Below are positions 62,092 through 64,000 of a stretch of 64,000 nucleotides of DNA, piece by piece; the stretch's first letter is position 1, and each line of letters starts with the position of its first letter. The notes under the pieces were generated by a model that saw nothing but the letters and a program-made list of their open reading frames with translations, was not told where the DNA came from and searched no databases. Source of the stretch: Pelomyxa schiedti (Eukaryota > Protista > Evosea); NCBI GenBank assembly GCA_020536535.1, contig JAHLWZ010000846.1, positions 1 through 64,000 on the forward strand, given 5' to 3'. The position numbers and the translations under genes were made by a program.

Positions 62092-64000
62092 ATGGGGTGG
62101 CTTGGGTTTGCTGTTGTGTTGTGGATAGGATCTTATGCTGTTTGTTGTATTGGGGCCAGTACCGACAACCCTGTTGCAGATCCAACGGCGGTTGTTGTAC
62201 AGAATGTATGTCGGGACAAACAACTGTCAACGGAGTGACTTTGTTTGCAGAAAGCACGATTCACAGTGCTTACTGATCGAATGATAAGAATGGAGTGGTC
62301 AAGAACGAGCACGTTTGAAGATTCTGCAACCTTTGTCGTTCTTAACAGGCTCACTGTGGTGCCTCAATTTTCACTTTCTCAGACCTCTTCTTACGTCAGT
62401 AAGCAACTGCCTTATTTGACTCTGTACTCACCCATTAATTATAGAAATCTCCACTGAGTACTTGACTCTTACTTATATGGATACGGGTGTGAAATTTTTC
62501 CTTGCGTTGGCCTCCTTGAACCCTCAAACCAGGACACAATGAGTTCAATAGTTCCAACTTACAGATATCTGTCTATGTTGATGGCACACCAGTCATATGG
62601 AACCCTTCTAGTCAAGATACTGGAAATTTACTTGGCACTGTTCGCACACTAGATGATACAGATGGTTTCCTAAATCTTGATTGTGATAAGAACTTGAGGT
62701 CAAGGGAACTATACTGCACTTACGGCATTGTATTATATCTGCTCTGTGATTGCGAAAACAAAGTGGGCTTAGGTTTCACAACTTGGGTGGACACTTTGGG
62801 ATGACACTGATACACCTTTGTTTGACAATAGTGAGTACCAATGGCCCAGAGATAGGGCATCAAGTGATACCATAGATTGGTAGGGCTTTTTAGTTTATTT
62901 GAACAAGAACAAATAATAATAACAAAAGGTATCTCTTTGGATATGGGCACGATTACCGGGGTGCTCTTTATGACTTCACACTGATTTCTGGAAAAATTCC
63001 CCTCCCTCCACGCTTTGCTTTTGGAATATTCTTTTCCAGGTTTGTGGTGTGGGTTTTACATCGTTATAATTTCTTCCTGTGAAAGATATTGGGCTTACAG
63101 TGACTATGATACAAGAGAAATTGTTACTGAATATGAGGTTCACCAAACCCCATTAGATGTAGTTGTTACGGTGAGGTTTTTTTCCTCTTAACGCTTGCGC
63201 TTATTTTTCCCCTCTTTCTAAGGACATGGACTGGTAATACACATTTCTTTAAAAACTGTTCACCATCAAAGGCACATTACCTACTACAAGGAGGCAGATC
63301 AAGGAGTTAAAGATCAGGCGGGTGAGGTATTTTAGGCTCTCTTTTCTTTCTTGTAAATAATTTTCATGTAGACAATCGGCTGGACGGGGTATACTTGGGA
63401 TGATCATTTATTCCCTCATCCTGAACAATTCACTGCATGGTGCAAGCAAAAGGGCCTGAAAAATACACTTAACCTTCACCCTGCTTCTGGGGTACCCTTC
63501 TCTCTGATATTATTCTCTTTTTACTTTGAAAAAGGTTCAGCCTTGGGAAGATAAGTACGAACCAATGGCTACTGCTATGGGAATAGACCCTTCTACACAA
63601 CAGGTTGTAACCAACGTCTCGTTTTTCAAAAGAATGACTCGGTGCTCAGTACGTTCCATTTGATATTGTCAATTCAACCTATTCAAACAATTGGTTGGAC
63701 ATTGTGCTAAAACCTGTGGAAGACCAAGGTTTGAACACATTGGTTTTATATTGTCCCTGAGTATCTGTCTTGTAGGCATCGACTTTTGGTGGCTTGATTG
63801 GCAGCAAGGATGGAATGGTATTATATTCTACTTGGTGCATATCTTAATACAAAATAGGAAATCCCAATCCAACCATAATGCTAAACTATGGTAGTTCTGT
63901 TACCTTTATAAGGATCTCTAATGCTATCGCAGTATTTTTTACCAATTCCCAACGTATTGGCGTTAATAAACGGGGAATGATTCTTCACCGGTTCTAATAG
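62092..64000 (+). CDS. Glycoside hydrolase family 31 (alpha-glucosidase/xylosidase-like), secreted; runs off the window end
   Basis: Signal peptide; ARFTVLTDRMIRMEW; YLFGYGHDYRGAL; IPLPPRFAFGIFFSRYWAYS; PLDVVVT/DMDW/H; WTGYTWD; LNLHP; GIDFWWLDWQQG (nucleophile region). Confidence 0.9.

Noticed and set aside
1-64000. Alternative genetic code or stop-codon readthrough to explain fragmented ORFs
   Set aside because: Nearly all breaks are resolved by GT-AG introns, and genes end in TAA, TAG or TGA normally.

Overview
This is gene-dense eukaryotic genomic DNA, not prokaryotic. It holds about 24 protein-coding genes separated by very short spacers (often 40-150 bp) and split by many short GT-AG introns (mostly about 35-110 nt), so the ORF track fragments almost every gene and I reassembled them by hand across introns. 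Gene content and architecture look like an amoeboid protist (Amoebozoa/Archamoebae-like; inference, not verified). Genes in order: classical protein-tyrosine phosphatase; alkaline phosphatase paralog 1; RasGAP; carboxypeptidase Q; alkaline phosphatase paralog 2; arrestin-WW-C2 protein; Cys-less pentameric ligand-gated ion channel; low-complexity unknown; alpha/beta hydrolase; synapsin-like ATP-grasp protein; HAD phosphatase; vWA protein; heat-shock factor; ceramide synthase; KCTD9-like BTB-pentapeptide protein; SAM methyltransferase; RPN2; Crinkler-like nuclease-kinase; intron-containing bacterial-type L-rhamnose isomerase; TOE1; CDC40/PRP17; a giant single-pass receptor with C-type lectin, FN3-like and EGF modules outside and a RasGAP domain inside; an FGD-like DH-PH-FYVE GEF with seven NPF motifs; and a 3'-truncated GH31 glycosidase. 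The most striking items are the receptor-type RasGAP, whose ectodomain carries a symmetric 13+13 N-glycosylation hexapeptide repeat (probable glycosylated beta-hairpin), the arrestin that carries its own WW/C2/PPxY/LIR modules, and the intronised rhaA. I saw no rRNA, tRNA, CRISPR array or transposon with terminal repeats. Exon boundaries are manual and approximate; no database searches were run.
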